The notes: a model not told the origin generated them from the sequence alone. A stretch of DNA of 64,000 nucleotides from Deltaproteobacteria bacterium (GCA_031266055.1 JAISBT010000077.1:2278-66277), one strand, 5' to 3'; shown: positions 1 to 9,847, counted from the first letter of the stretch. Program-made: numbers and translations.

Positions 1-100
1 ACCATATGTACCGCCCAAAAGATGTTTGGAATAAACCGCTCATATAGCGATTTATGCAATAGGTTGTAATATATTCCCGGAAAGCGCAAATGGAAAGGCT

Positions 101-225
101 CAGAGCGGTACAACTTTGAAAAGTTGTACCGCTCTGCAAGGATTTGTTCACAAATCCTTGCCGCGAAATGCTTGCAGGCGAGCGAACGCTCGCCGTTAAG
201 CAAGCATTTCAAGCGTAAAATGCGC
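101..225. repeat. Mosaic multi-hairpin intergenic repeat (family B, alpha type): three consecutive hairpins ending in GCGTAAAATGC
   Basis: Hairpins CAGAGCGGTACAACTTT/AAGTTGTACCGCTCTG, GCAAGGATTTG/CAAATCCTTGC and CGAAATGCTTGC...GCAAGCATTTCAAG. The same three-module architecture recurs at 33073-33200, with a partial copy at 8013-8062. Confidence 0.8.
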
Positions 226-247
226 AAGCCGGGAGGCTTTTTTTTGC

Positions 248-276
248 TTGACAAGCGGCGTATAAACTTTTATCAA
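248..276 (+). promoter_or_regulatory. Candidate sigma70-type promoter of rplM-rpsI
   Basis: TTGACA (248-253), a 17-nt spacer, then TATCAA (271-276), about 70 nt upstream of the rplM start. Confidence 0.4.
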
Positions 277-348
277 GATTTTTTGCCGGGCGGCAGGCTC
301 AAGTGAAAAATGCCGTATTAAACTGCTCTTCTTAAGGAGTTACTTTAC

Positions 349-783
349 ATGAAAACATTCAGCCCTACCCCCGCTGATATAAACCGCGAATGGTACGTGG
401 TGGATGCCGAAAATAAAATCCTGGGCCGTCTGGCCGCTCAAATCGCGCACCGTTTGCGGGGCAAGCATAAGCCTGAGTTCGCGCCGCATATGGATAACGG
501 TGATTTTATAGTGGTTATAAACTGTGAAAAAGTGCTTGTAACCGGAAAAAAACTTGACGACAAGGTTTATCGCCGTCATACCGGATATCCCGGTGGTTTG
601 AAAGAGACCCGTCTCGGCAAAATGCTTGCCGCCAAACCGGAGTTTGTGCTTATGCATGCTGTGCGCGGCATGTTGCCGAAAAATCGTTTGGGCCGCGCCA
701 TACTTACAAAATTGAAAGTATATCGCGGCGTTGAGCATCCGCATATTGCCCAGAAGCCTAAAGCTCTGGTTTTCCCGTATTAA
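349..783 (+). CDS. rplM: 50S ribosomal protein L13
   Basis: 144 aa. The N-terminus [29 protein letters not shown] and the following KPEF...D.GD.VVVIN pattern are typical of L13. Followed by rpsI as in the conserved operon. Confidence 0.97.
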   Translation: MKTFSPTPADINREWYVVDAENKILGRLAAQIAHRLRGKHKPEFAPHMDNGDFIVVINCEKVLVTGKKLDDKVYRRHTGYPGGLKETRLGKMLAAKPEFVLMHAVRGMLPKNRLGRAILTKLKVYRGVEHPHIAQKPKALVFPY

Positions 784-792
784 TCCGGCAAG

Positions 793-1197
793 ATGGAGAA
801 AAATATGTCCAATGAATTCCATTATGGCACCGGGCGCCGCAAAAATGCCACCGCCCGCACTCGTCTGTACAGCGGCAGCGGAGACATCCAGATAAACGGA
901 CGCTCCGTGGATGCCTATTTTCCGCGCAAGACGCTGCAAATGATTGTGCGCCAGCCTCTTGTTCTTACCAAGCTTGCGGATCAATTCGACATCCGGGTCA
1001 ATGTCCAGGGCGGCGGCGTCAGCGGGCAGGCGGAAGCTGTGCGCCACGGCATTGCCCGCGCTTTGCTGGGTATTGATATAAACCTGCGCGGGCAGTTGAA
1101 AAAAGCCGGCTTTCTTACCCGCGACGCGCGTAAAAAAGAACGCAAAAAATATGGTCTGCGTGGAGCCCGCGCCAGATACCAGTACTCCAAGCGTTAA
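793..1197 (+). CDS. rpsI: 30S ribosomal protein S9
   Basis: [15 protein letters not shown] near the N-terminus and the C-terminal [22 protein letters not shown] are hallmark S9 sequences. The start may be the internal ATG at 805. Confidence 0.97.
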   Translation: MEKNMSNEFHYGTGRRKNATARTRLYSGSGDIQINGRSVDAYFPRKTLQMIVRQPLVLTKLADQFDIRVNVQGGGVSGQAEAVRHGIARALLGIDINLRGQLKKAGFLTRDARKKERKKYGLRGARARYQYSKR

Positions 1198-1271
1198 TGC
1201 TGTAGTGTCGCGTAAAGCGACAATGTCAAAAAAGGATCTTGCTGCGCATGGAGCGCGAGAGAAAATAGCCT

Positions 1272-1526
1272 ATGCCCTTTGTTGACAAAATTTTCGAATT
1301 TTGGAAGGCGCTGGGGCCTGTGGGGCCGTGCGCGGTGCTGTTTCTGGGTGGTTGCTTCTTACTGCTTGGCTTTGTGCGTAACTGGAAGTGGTTGTACCCC
1401 AGCCGCCATACCGTAAGGAATTTTTCCCCCGGAATACGAAGAACGCTCGTTCTGGTAGCAGGGATTATTTGTATACTGTGCAGTGTGCTTTTTTATGTGT
1501 TCAGGGCCAATATGTACTGGTACTAA
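1272..1526 (+). CDS. Hypothetical small membrane protein (two predicted TM helices)
   Basis: 84-aa ORF with two hydrophobic stretches. Weak RBS. Its stop codon lies at the edge of repeat 1527-1652. Confidence 0.35.
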   Translation: MPFVDKIFEFWKALGPVGPCAVLFLGGCFLLLGFVRNWKWLYPSRHTVRNFSPGIRRTLVLVAGIICILCSVLFYVFRANMYWY

Positions 1527-1652
1527 GGCAATTTAACTTTGAGACGCTCCCTCCGGCGCTTTACGGCGAAACAAGTTTCGCCTACGCCTGCGGGGCGGGC
1601 GGCGGTATCCGCCGCCAGAGAATTTAAACATTTTCAATGTTAAAATGCTCTA
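1527..1652 (+). repeat. Family B (beta type) multi-hairpin repeat, about 125 bp
   Basis: GGCAATTTAACTTTGAGACGCTCCCTCCGGCGCTTTACGGCGAAACAAGTTTCGCC...CATTTTCAATGTTAAAATGCTCTA. A near-identical copy lies at 15778-15903 and an inverted, interrupted copy at 4190-4457. Confidence 0.9.
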
Positions 1653-1670
1653 ATCTCAGGAGGAACTAAA

Positions 1671-2201
1671 ATGGGCTTGTTCGACAAACTGGCCAGCACT
1701 GTCGGCGGCGCCATCGGCAACGCGATGGGCGGATCAACCGGCGGGCAATCCGGCGGCGACTCCGCGGGAAAAAGGGAAGAAATCCGGAATATCTTCGATT
1801 CCAGGGTGAAGGACGGCACAACCTACACGGTGTTAGCCGGAATGAACATGGTGACGACCAAAAAATTAACGAAAGAGATTCGGACGTATTTCAATTATCT
1901 TGTCGGCTATAAAGACGGAGATGATCCGGAAATTGTACTCATCTCCACAGTAAACGACCTGTCGTCAGTTGATGAACCGGTGATATGCAAAAAAAGCGAA
2001 TGCACAAAAGCCGTATATGTGCAAAATACCGGCAGCTTCAGCATTGCACATCCACAGCTTGGCAATGCTCCGGTAGACTTCAGCATTATCTCATCAGCCG
2101 CGTGGGGCGCGCCCGGAAGCGGCGCATTGATTATTCCGGTATCCTATCTTGATGAATATACGCCATTTACAGAATTTTTTCAAAATCGGTTTGCCAAATA
2201 G
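1671..2201 (+). CDS. Hypothetical protein with a Gly-rich N-terminus
   Basis: 176-aa ORF with an AGGAGG RBS about 8 nt upstream. No family recognised. Confidence 0.55.
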   Translation: MGLFDKLASTVGGAIGNAMGGSTGGQSGGDSAGKREEIRNIFDSRVKDGTTYTVLAGMNMVTTKKLTKEIRTYFNYLVGYKDGDDPEIVLISTVNDLSSVDEPVICKKSECTKAVYVQNTGSFSIAHPQLGNAPVDFSIISSAAWGAPGSGALIIPVSYLDEYTPFTEFFQNRFAK

Positions 2202-2269
2202 CACATACCGTCCGGCAACAGGTTTCGGTTGGCGCTCACGCGGAGGGAGCTTCTAAAAATTAAACTGCT

Positions 2270-2740
2270 CTAGTGGTGGTAGCCGGTTCCCCGCAAAATG
2301 GAATCCGCCCGGTAGAGCTGTTCCCACAAAATGACCCGGGCGAGTTCGTGGGTAAAAGTCATTGAACTCAAACGCAGGGTTTTACCGGCGCTTTTCAGGA
2401 GTTCCGGAGTCAGGCCGTAAGCCCCGCCGATTATAAAGCAGGGCTGGAGCGCCTGCTCGGCGCAACTGAGGATGAGTTCGGCCAGATTTTTTGAAGTAAG
2501 GGTTTCTCCGCGTTCATCCAGGCAGACGGAGCGGATGCCGGGCAAGCTGTCCAGCACGGATGAAATGCGCGCTGACTCGTCGTTTCTACGCTGCTCCACG
2601 CTCAGACCGCCATCCGCGTCTTTAAGCTGTATTTCCTTAAATTTCCAGGTGTGCCGGAGTTTTCGGCGGTAGTAATCCGCGCCGTCGCGCCAAAAAGGTA
2701 TTTTAAGGCGCCCTACGGAAATAATCGTGCCTTTGCGCAT
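2270..2740 (-). CDS. rlmH: 23S rRNA (pseudouridine1915-N3)-methyltransferase RlmH (SPOUT)
   Basis: The C-terminal FIIGGAYGL...LSSMTFTHELARVILWEQLYRA...G.GYHH pattern is typical of RlmH. The start was moved to MRKGTIISVG (2740) from the longer ORF 2270-2833. Confidence 0.9.
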   Translation of the reverse strand: MRKGTIISVGRLKIPFWRDGADYYRRKLRHTWKFKEIQLKDADGGLSVEQRRNDESARISSVLDSLPGIRSVCLDERGETLTSKNLAELILSCAEQALQPCFIIGGAYGLTPELLKSAGKTLRLSSMTFTHELARVILWEQLYRADSILRGTGYHH

Positions 2741-2841
2741 CTTGCCCCCTGTGCAGTGTACCGCCCTTGCTTGAGTATTACGATTACGCCAGATTGCTGG
2801 TTTTTTCAAGACCGCCCAGCCCTCCGGAGGCATAAACCTTT

Positions 2842-3534
2842 ATGCAGTGCGCCGCCCGCATTCAGCGGATGAACGATCCGGAACTCTCCCTGCCTGAAGC
2901 CTGCCGGCTCATAACCGGCGGTGGGCTGCTCATTTATCCCACAGAAACTTTTTATGCTTTGGGGTGCGACGCTTTTAACGCGGAGGCCGTGCGCGGGGTT
3001 TATGCGGTGAAACGGCGCGGACACGGACAGCCTTTGCCGGTAATTATCGGCGGCCCGGAGCAGCTCGGCGCGCTGGCTGCGGAAGTAAACAGCCTGGAGA
3101 GAGAGCTTATGCGGGTTTTCTGGCCTGGCCCCTTGTCCATACTTTTTTCCGGCGCGGCAGGCGTACCGGAAGTTTTGACCGCCGGTACAGGCAGAGTGGC
3201 GGTGCGCTGTTCTTCCCATCCGGCGGCTTTGGAACTGTGCAGGCGAAGTTCCAGGCCGCTGGTATCCTCCAGCGCGAATCTCAGCGGGCGCAGACCGGCC
3301 GGGCTGGCGGCCGGCTTGGATAGAGAGCTTCTGGAGCGGGTAAGGGAATTCAACCGTGGCACAGCCTGTCTCTATGCGGCGGAACAGGATGTTCCGCAAG
3401 GCGGCTTGCCCTCCACCATAGTGGAAGCGCGGGAGGCACCGGGTGGCGGGGTTTTGCGGGTACTGCGCCAAGGTGCGGTGAGCCTGGAGGAGTTGCGGGC
3501 CGCAATTCCGGCGCAAGTGGGAATTACGAATTAA
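2842..3534 (+). CDS. tsaC: L-threonylcarbamoyladenylate synthase, TsaC/YrdC/Sua5 family
   Basis: YrdC-domain motifs LLIYPTETFYALGCDA and VYAVKRRGHGQPLPVII, plus SSSANLSG. Confidence 0.85.
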   Translation: MQCAARIQRMNDPELSLPEACRLITGGGLLIYPTETFYALGCDAFNAEAVRGVYAVKRRGHGQPLPVIIGGPEQLGALAAEVNSLERELMRVFWPGPLSILFSGAAGVPEVLTAGTGRVAVRCSSHPAALELCRRSSRPLVSSSANLSGRRPAGLAAGLDRELLERVREFNRGTACLYAAEQDVPQGGLPSTIVEAREAPGGGVLRVLRQGAVSLEELRAAIPAQVGITN

Positions 3535-3607
3535 TTCGATTGACTTATGGGCGTATTTTTGCGATTGAAGGACAACATTGAGATGTTTGGAAAATAAGGA
3601 GAAATTT

Positions 3608-4141
3608 ATGAGCAATTTTCTGGAGTTGTGTCTGCGCAGGCAAAGTTGCAGGAGTTTTTCGGATCAACCGGTGGAGCATGATAAACTGGCGCAGTGCGTG
3701 GAGGCGGGGCGTCTGGCCCCTTCCGGCTGCAACGCCCAGCCCTGGAGCTTCGTTGTGGCTGAAACTCCCGCTGTGGTCGCCGAGGTCGCGAAATGCGGCC
3801 AGCAGATGAACATGAACCCTTTTCTTTCCAAAGCGCAGGCTTTCATCATTGTACTTGAAGAACACGCGGTTTTGGCTCCGGCCATACGTAAACTGCTGGA
3901 CAGCCAGTATTTTGCGAAAGGCGATCTGGGGGCCGCCACAGTGCAAATATGCCTTGAAGCCGCCGAACAGGGGCTTGGAACATGCATTATCGGCGTCTAT
4001 GATCGCGAAAAAATTTGCGAATTGCTGGATATCCCGGTTACAAAACAATTCGGCGCCCTGATCGCCGTGGGCTACCCCGCTGACGGCAAAATCCGCCCGA
4101 AAATCCGCAAGAGCACGGATGAAGTGCTTCGCTTCGTATAA
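3608..4141 (+). CDS. Nitroreductase family protein
   Basis: SCRSFSDQPV...RLAPSGCNAQPWSFVV is the classic nitroreductase N-terminal motif. The start was set at the ATG preceded by AAGGAG. Confidence 0.85.
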   Translation: MSNFLELCLRRQSCRSFSDQPVEHDKLAQCVEAGRLAPSGCNAQPWSFVVAETPAVVAEVAKCGQQMNMNPFLSKAQAFIIVLEEHAVLAPAIRKLLDSQYFAKGDLGAATVQICLEAAEQGLGTCIIGVYDREKICELLDIPVTKQFGALIAVGYPADGKIRPKIRKSTDEVLRFV

Positions 4142-4189
4142 CCGCGTTCAAGCATTCCGGAAGCGCAGGGCGCTTGCTGTTATTATCGG

Positions 4190-4457
4190 AGCAGCGCGGG
4201 CGGCGGGTACCGCCGCCCGCCCCGCAGGCGTAGGCGAAACTTGCTTCAGCCGTTGCGACGAAGGAAGCTACGGATGAAGACAGCAATTGGTTACACAGAG
4301 CGCGAAGCGGAGAACCGCTGTCGCTATCCGTAAAACGGCAAGCCGCTTAACGGATACCGCGCTTCAGCCGTTGCTGCGCAGCAGCTTACGGATGAAGACA
4401 GCAGCGATGTTTCGCCGTCAAGCGCCGGAGGGGGCGTCTCAAAATTAAATTGCTTTA
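4190..4457 (-). repeat. Family B beta-type repeat in inverted orientation, split by about 170 bp of other hairpin modules (nested insertion)
   Basis: Left arm, from about 4197: CGGGCGGCGGGTACCGCCGCCCGCCCCGCAGGCGTAGGCGAAAC. Right arm, ending at 4453: TTTCGCCGTCAAGCGCCGGAGGGGGCGTCTCAAAATTAAATTGC. Both are the reverse complement of the two halves of 1527-1652. The interior holds two CTTCAGCCGTTGC...ACGGATGAAGACAGCA modules that are also seen at 14037-14080. Confidence 0.85.
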
Positions 4458-5431
4458 GTTACCAGCGCAGTATACAGGGCCGCGCTGAACTGTTTTTCAT
4501 AGCGGGCGTCTTCCATCAGTTCTTTAGCCGCGCTCAGGGCGTCTTTAGCCGGAGCATAAGGACGTTTTTGCAGCATGGCGGAAAAAGAATCCGCCACCGC
4601 GCAAAGAGCGCCCGCGCGTCTTATTTTTGCAGCGTTGAGTTTTCGCGGATAGCCGGAACCGTCAAGACGCTCGTGGTGTTCCGCGATGGCGCTGCTTATT
4701 TCGTCCAGGTTCAAGTCCATTTTTTGGGCAATCTGGATGCCGCCCGGCACATGCGCATGGATTTTTTCCTTTTCCTCATTGGTAAGCGCGTTGCCCTTAT
4801 TCAAAATAAAAGCCGGCACCCTGCACATGCCCGCATCGTGCAGCAAAAGAGCCAGGCACATGTTATCCAGCTCCTTTCTGCTCAACTCCCAGTTCTTGCT
4901 GTTCAAAAACAGCCACAGCCCGACAATGAGCGTATTGACCGTATGCGCGGCCAGGCTGTATTCTTCCTTGTTCAGGCGATGCAGGAAACTTTTGATGCTA
5001 TACTTGTCATTCCGGATATATTCCGTAAAAACCATAACGTCTTTATACAACTCGTCGAATATGGGCCTGACGGGCTGCTCAAAAAAATTATTCAGGCGGG
5101 TAGTCAGAGCCTGCAGAAAAATATCCGTAATTTCATTTGGTTTGAGGTTTTGATCCAACAAAACCAAGTCCAACTGTTTTACTATATGCTTGGAATAAAT
5201 AGGGTGATCCGTCCGCGAAACAAAAAGCAGGTCATCCTGGCAATACGTACGAATGGCGTCCACTTGCTCGTTGGTAAGGCGGGTGTCTTTTTTATAATAC
5301 AGCACGAGCTGAACCACGTCTTCTTCGAGCAGAAACAAATCCAGAGGCATCCTGTATTTGGGAAAACTCAACAGAACAGGTTCGCTTATCTGATAGTAGT
5401 CTTCCTGTATACTGGCAATATCATTTTCCAC
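4445..5431 (-). CDS. HD-GYP domain protein (putative c-di-GMP phosphodiesterase)
   Basis: LLLHDAGM and EHHERLDGSGYPRKL motifs. 328 aa. Confidence 0.85.
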   Translation of the reverse strand: MENDIASIQEDYYQISEPVLLSFPKYRMPLDLFLLEEDVVQLVLYYKKDTRLTNEQVDAIRTYCQDDLLFVSRTDHPIYSKHIVKQLDLVLLDQNLKPNEITDIFLQALTTRLNNFFEQPVRPIFDELYKDVMVFTEYIRNDKYSIKSFLHRLNKEEYSLAAHTVNTLIVGLWLFLNSKNWELSRKELDNMCLALLLHDAGMCRVPAFILNKGNALTNEEKEKIHAHVPGGIQIAQKMDLNLDEISSAIAEHHERLDGSGYPRKLNAAKIRRAGALCAVADSFSAMLQKRPYAPAKDALSAAKELMEDARYEKQFSAALYTALVTKAI

Positions 5432-5436
5432 CTTAC

Positions 5437-6849
5437 TTATTTCCTGTAAATTTTTACCAGGTTAGTCCCCTTCGGGGGATCGCCCTTGCGCGGTTGCCCG
5501 GCGGTAATTACCAGGCTGTCCCCAAGTTTGAAATCTTCAAAGTTTACAATGAAATTTTCAGAGCGCTCCAGGTGCCCCAGGGCATCCTCCCGGATAAGAT
5601 AAGGCCGTACTCCCCAGGAGAAATTCAAAGCCCTGAAAACCACACTGTCCGGCGTAAGAATAAAAATAGTCTGCCGCGGACGGCGGGCGGATAAATTGCG
5701 GGCGGCGGCGCCGGACATGCTGTGCGCCACCAGAGCCACCGCGCCGACTTTTTCGGCCAAAAGACAGGCGGAATATGATAAAAAATCCGAAGCCACATCA
5801 TTTTCGGGCAGTTCAAGCCTGTTCGCCCGCTCCAAAAGCAAAGCTTCCGCCTCGTGCGTTATCCGGCGCATAAAGTTTACGGTTTCCACCGGGTAACTGC
5901 CCATGGCCGTTTCTTCCGAAAGCATCACGCAATCCGCTCCATCCAGCACGGCATTGGCCACATCCGTGGTTTCAGCTCTGGTCGGCGAAGGGTTATTGAC
6001 CATGGAAAGCAACATTTGCGTGGCCACAATGACCGGGATGGAGCGGTCGTTGCACGCCTTGATAATGCGTTTTTGCATGGACGGCAGCGTGGGCAGGGGG
6101 CACTCCACCCCCAGGTCGCCGCGGGCCACCATGACTATATCCACCACCTTGAGAATGTCCGGCAGGCGATCCACCGCGTTTTTCCGCTCCAGCTTGGCAA
6201 TCACCGGAATATTTCTGGCGGATTCCTTGATTATGGCCTTGGCTTCAAGAATATCTTCCGGGGTCTGCACAAAAGAAAGAGCAACCGCATCCACGCCCAG
6301 AACCATGCCTTCGCGCAAATCTTTTTTATCTTTTTCGGTGAGCGCGGGCAAATTGATATCTTTGCCGGGTAAAGCCAACCCCTTACGCGAAGTGACAATG
6401 CCGTTGTTCTTGGATTCCAGCAAAAAGTTTTTATCCGAAAGTTTTTCCAGCACCAGCAGTTGCAAAGCCCCGTCCGCAAGAGCCAGCACATCGCCCGTTT
6501 CTAGGGAATCCAGAACCTCATGCTTGTCAAAAGGAATATATGCGCGGCCTTTATCCGCGCAAGGAGCGGGCCCGAGAATAATTTTATCGCCGTAGGCTAT
6601 GGTCAGCGGGCCGGGCAAGTCGCCGATGCGAATTTTGGGGCCGGATAAATCCTGCAAAACCGTCAGCGGCCTGCCCAGTTCCTGTTCCAGGCTACGTATG
6701 GTCTTTACAATAGGAGCAAAACTGGCCGCGTCGCTATGCGAAAAATTCAGCCGGAAAATACTTACTCCGGCCTGCGCCAGTTCTTTAAGCTTTTCAGGAG
6801 AATTACAGGCCGGGCCAACCGTCGCTATTATTTTGGTTTTCATAATCAT
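5437..6849 (-). CDS. pyk: Pyruvate kinase
   Basis: TKIIATVGPA, NFSHS, the MVARGDLGVE active-site region and ATQMLLSM motifs. 470 aa. Confidence 0.95.
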   Translation of the reverse strand: MIMKTKIIATVGPACNSPEKLKELAQAGVSIFRLNFSHSDAASFAPIVKTIRSLEQELGRPLTVLQDLSGPKIRIGDLPGPLTIAYGDKIILGPAPCADKGRAYIPFDKHEVLDSLETGDVLALADGALQLLVLEKLSDKNFLLESKNNGIVTSRKGLALPGKDINLPALTEKDKKDLREGMVLGVDAVALSFVQTPEDILEAKAIIKESARNIPVIAKLERKNAVDRLPDILKVVDIVMVARGDLGVECPLPTLPSMQKRIIKACNDRSIPVIVATQMLLSMVNNPSPTRAETTDVANAVLDGADCVMLSEETAMGSYPVETVNFMRRITHEAEALLLERANRLELPENDVASDFLSYSACLLAEKVGAVALVAHSMSGAAARNLSARRPRQTIFILTPDSVVFRALNFSWGVRPYLIREDALGHLERSENFIVNFEDFKLGDSLVITAGQPRKGDPPKGTNLVKIYRK

Positions 6850-7142
6850 GCCTTATAAAAGGGTTGATTTGACGGTTCAGGCGAAAGCGCTGTTTCACCC
6901 TGCCGATTTTTCAGATAAAAATTACCGTTTTGAAAAAGTCGTTTCCGGCTTTTTCAGCATCGACTATGGAGTGTTTTATGGATAATATCTCCTGTAACCG
7001 CATGTGGTCAAGATTATTATTGGAAGCTGCCGCAATTCCTCATTTCCCAGCCCGGAGGATACGGCAAAAAAATATTTCAATTTGTGTTGCAAAGCGGAAG
7101 GGCTTGCTGATAATCCATGTACATAAAGCCAAGGAAACCAAG

Positions 7143-8003
7143 ATGAATCTTAAGGAAATTTCCGCATTTACGACCGGGCTGCTGGACGCTCCGCAAAACC
7201 GCGTGGCGCGGGAAGCCGCCCTTTCCGACGACCTTGTCGGACTGAAAATGTTCGACTTTGTTGAAATCGGCGCTGTACGCGCTGATGACGGATATTTTGC
7301 GCGCTGCAGAGCGCCTGAAATTGTCGGGCCGCAGTTCATGCTGCCCGGTGACTGGCTGGCGGAAGCAAAAAGCGTGCTTTCGATTTTTTTCAAATTCACG
7401 GAAAGAGTGATGAAAAGTTCAGCCGCGCTTCCCGCCTGGCCTTCCAACGAATGGCTGCACGCGAGAATTGAAGGGCAGATGTTCATCAACTGGGCCATGG
7501 ACGCCCTTGCCGGGAAGCTTACTCAGGGCGGATACCCTTCCCTGGCGCCTTCTTCAGACCGGCGCTTTTTAAGCGCGCAGAAAAAGCCCGGCGTGAAGGC
7601 CTTTTCCAATTCCTCCTTTACCAGTAACTGGTCTGAGCGGCATGTGGCGTTTATCTGCGGCCTGGGCACCTTTGGCCTTTCCAAAGGTCTGATCACAAAA
7701 GCCGGCATGAGCGGAAGGTTCGGCAGCCTGGTTTCCGCCCTGGACTTGCCCCCGACCGGGCGGGAATATTCGGAAGTATACGAATACTGCATAATGTGCG
7801 GAAAATGCGCCAAAAATTGCCCTCCGCAGGCCATCAGCCTGGAGAAGGGGAAAAACCATTCCCTGTGCGCCGAATTTCTTGACCGAACCGCGGCAAAGCA
7901 TGCCCCGCGCTATGGATGCGGCAAATGCCAGGTGAATGTTCCGTGTCAGAACGGCATCCCGGGAAGAAAAAAAATTCCGCTTGCCGCCGATCAACATACC
8001 TGA
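7143..8003 (+). CDS. 4Fe-4S cluster-binding protein, epoxyqueuosine-reductase (QueG)/reductive-dehalogenase-like
   Basis: CIMCGKCAKNCPPQAI ferredoxin motif plus a second Cys cluster CGKCQVNVPC. The start was moved to ATG 7143 (AAGGA RBS). The upstream 71 codons of ORF 6930 look non-coding. Confidence 0.65.
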   Translation: MNLKEISAFTTGLLDAPQNRVAREAALSDDLVGLKMFDFVEIGAVRADDGYFARCRAPEIVGPQFMLPGDWLAEAKSVLSIFFKFTERVMKSSAALPAWPSNEWLHARIEGQMFINWAMDALAGKLTQGGYPSLAPSSDRRFLSAQKKPGVKAFSNSSFTSNWSERHVAFICGLGTFGLSKGLITKAGMSGRFGSLVSALDLPPTGREYSEVYEYCIMCGKCAKNCPPQAISLEKGKNHSLCAEFLDRTAAKHAPRYGCGKCQVNVPCQNGIPGRKKIPLAADQHT

Positions 8004-8079
8004 TATCAAGTCGCTTCCGCCGCAAATCCTTGCCGAGAAATGCTTGCAGGCGGGCGAAAGCCCGCCGCCATGGAATAAA

Positions 8080-9024
8080 ATGTCCGACCATGCAGCGCTG
8101 GGTACCCTGCGCCAAAAACTTTTCCGCTTTGCCGCCGCCCGGCCTCGACTGTCCGGTTATCTCGGCGCTGTTTCGGCCACTTTCATCTGGTCCGGGAATT
8201 TTATCGCCGGCCGTGTGTTGAAAGAAACGACAACTCCAGGTATTCTGACCTTCTGGCGTTGCATGCTGGCTGCGTTGATTCTGCTGCCCTTCGCCTTGCC
8301 CCGCCTGAAAAAAGAATGGCCTGTCATACGCGCCAATATCAAATTTTTCATCCCGCTTTCAATTTTGGGCATCTCTGTCCCGAATATTTTCATCTATTCC
8401 GCGGCGCGCTACTCCCAAACCCTCAATCTTTCCATTCTGGCTCTTTCCGTACCTCTTTTCGTGATTATTCTGGCCCGTATTTTTTTTAACGAACCTTTGG
8501 GCCTCCTGCGCGTATTCGGCCTTGCCGTTACTATTGCAGGCATTTTAATGCTCCTTTCCCGGGGCGATATCAGCCTGCTGGTGAACCTGCGCTTTGAACG
8601 GGGCGATTTGCTCATCTTCGGCAACACCATACCCTTTGCCGTATATACTCTTATGGTGCGCAAAATGCCCAAGGGCATACACGGAACAACTTTTATGCTG
8701 ATCTTCCTGTTTTTGGGCGCCGTCTTCGTCATCCCTCCGCTGCTTTGGGAACTTTGCACCGACGGCTATATGATTTTTTCGCCCGCGCTTGCCGGATGGC
8801 TTATTTATGTCAGCCTTGGCGCGAGCATTCTGGGCTACGCCTTCTGGAACCTGGGCGTGGCCAATATAGGCCCGGCCAAAACGTCGATTATTTATTATCT
8901 TATACCGGTATTTTGTGGTATTGAAGGTCTGTTTCTGCTGGATGAACCGGTTCTTCCCGTCCATGCGGTAAGCATGTCCCTGATTATTGCGGGAACTTTT
9001 CTGGCCATTAACGCGAAAAAATGA
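8080..9024 (+). CDS. EamA/DMT family transporter
   Basis: About 10 hydrophobic segments, duplicated EamA-like halves and polytopic composition. The start was set after repeat-derived sequence at 8013-8062. Confidence 0.8.
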   Translation: MSDHAALGTLRQKLFRFAAARPRLSGYLGAVSATFIWSGNFIAGRVLKETTTPGILTFWRCMLAALILLPFALPRLKKEWPVIRANIKFFIPLSILGISVPNIFIYSAARYSQTLNLSILALSVPLFVIILARIFFNEPLGLLRVFGLAVTIAGILMLLSRGDISLLVNLRFERGDLLIFGNTIPFAVYTLMVRKMPKGIHGTTFMLIFLFLGAVFVIPPLLWELCTDGYMIFSPALAGWLIYVSLGASILGYAFWNLGVANIGPAKTSIIYYLIPVFCGIEGLFLLDEPVLPVHAVSMSLIIAGTFLAINAKK

Positions 9025-9056
9025 TTGCGGACAAAAACTGTATTAAACTGTTCTGA

Positions 9057-9824
9057 ATGGAGTTTTTTAAAGTGCTGAAAAAAATACTGCTTGTTGTTTT
9101 GGCGTTGTTCCTCTGCTCCGGGTTTAAAATCGGCTCCCTGAACATGGACGGCATCATAGACGCGGGGAGTGACGCTGTCACCGCCGCCACGCTCACCCAG
9201 GCGCAAATGGCCGAAATGGGCAAGCAATCCGCCGCCCAGTTGGACAAGAAGAATAAAGTAGCTCCCGCTTCCAGCGCATACGTCACGCGCCTGAACAAAA
9301 TCATGGGCAATCTGACCGCGGTGGACGGCCTGAAGCTGAACTACAAGGTGTACATTACCAAAGATATCAACGCCTTTGCCCTGCCTGACGGTTCAATCCG
9401 CATTTATTCCGGCCTGATGGATCTTATGACGGACGATGAAATTTTCTTTGTGCTCGGCCACGAAATCGGGCATGTCAAAAACGGCGACAGCGCCGACAAA
9501 TACCGCATGGCCTATGCCGCTTCGGCGGCGCGCAAAGCCGCTGCGGCCGCTGGCGGAAAAATGGCCTCCTTATCCGACTCCGAGTTGGGCAGCTTGGGCG
9601 AAGCTGTGCTGAACGCCCAATTTTCCCAGACTCAGGAAAGCGATGCCGACCTGTACGGCATGAAACTTATGGAAAGGTACAAAAGAAACACCAGAGCCGC
9701 GGTATCCGCCCTGCGCAAACTGGCCGGCCCGGGGAGCGGAGGCGGCCTGACGGAAAAGCTTTTGTCTTCTCACCCTGACCCCAACGCCAGAGCGAACAGG
9801 ATCGAAGCTTTGATCAAAAAATAG
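9057..9824 (+). CDS. M48 family metallopeptidase, probable lipoprotein
   Basis: HEIGHVKNGD zinc motif. Signal peptide with a lipobox-like LFLCSG. Confidence 0.85.
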   Translation: MEFFKVLKKILLVVLALFLCSGFKIGSLNMDGIIDAGSDAVTAATLTQAQMAEMGKQSAAQLDKKNKVAPASSAYVTRLNKIMGNLTAVDGLKLNYKVYITKDINAFALPDGSIRIYSGLMDLMTDDEIFFVLGHEIGHVKNGDSADKYRMAYAASAARKAAAAAGGKMASLSDSELGSLGEAVLNAQFSQTQESDADLYGMKLMERYKRNTRAAVSALRKLAGPGSGGGLTEKLLSSHPDPNARANRIEALIKK

Positions 9825-9847
9825 AACGTGCCCGAGGCCGCCTGCTT

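Noticed and set aside
6930-7142. N-terminal extensions of ORFs 6930-8003 and 7936-9024.
   Set aside because: The upstream parts run through intergenic hairpin-repeat sequence (6931-6966 and 8013-8062). Internal ATGs with AAGGA-type RBSs at 7143 and 8080 give proteins of normal length.
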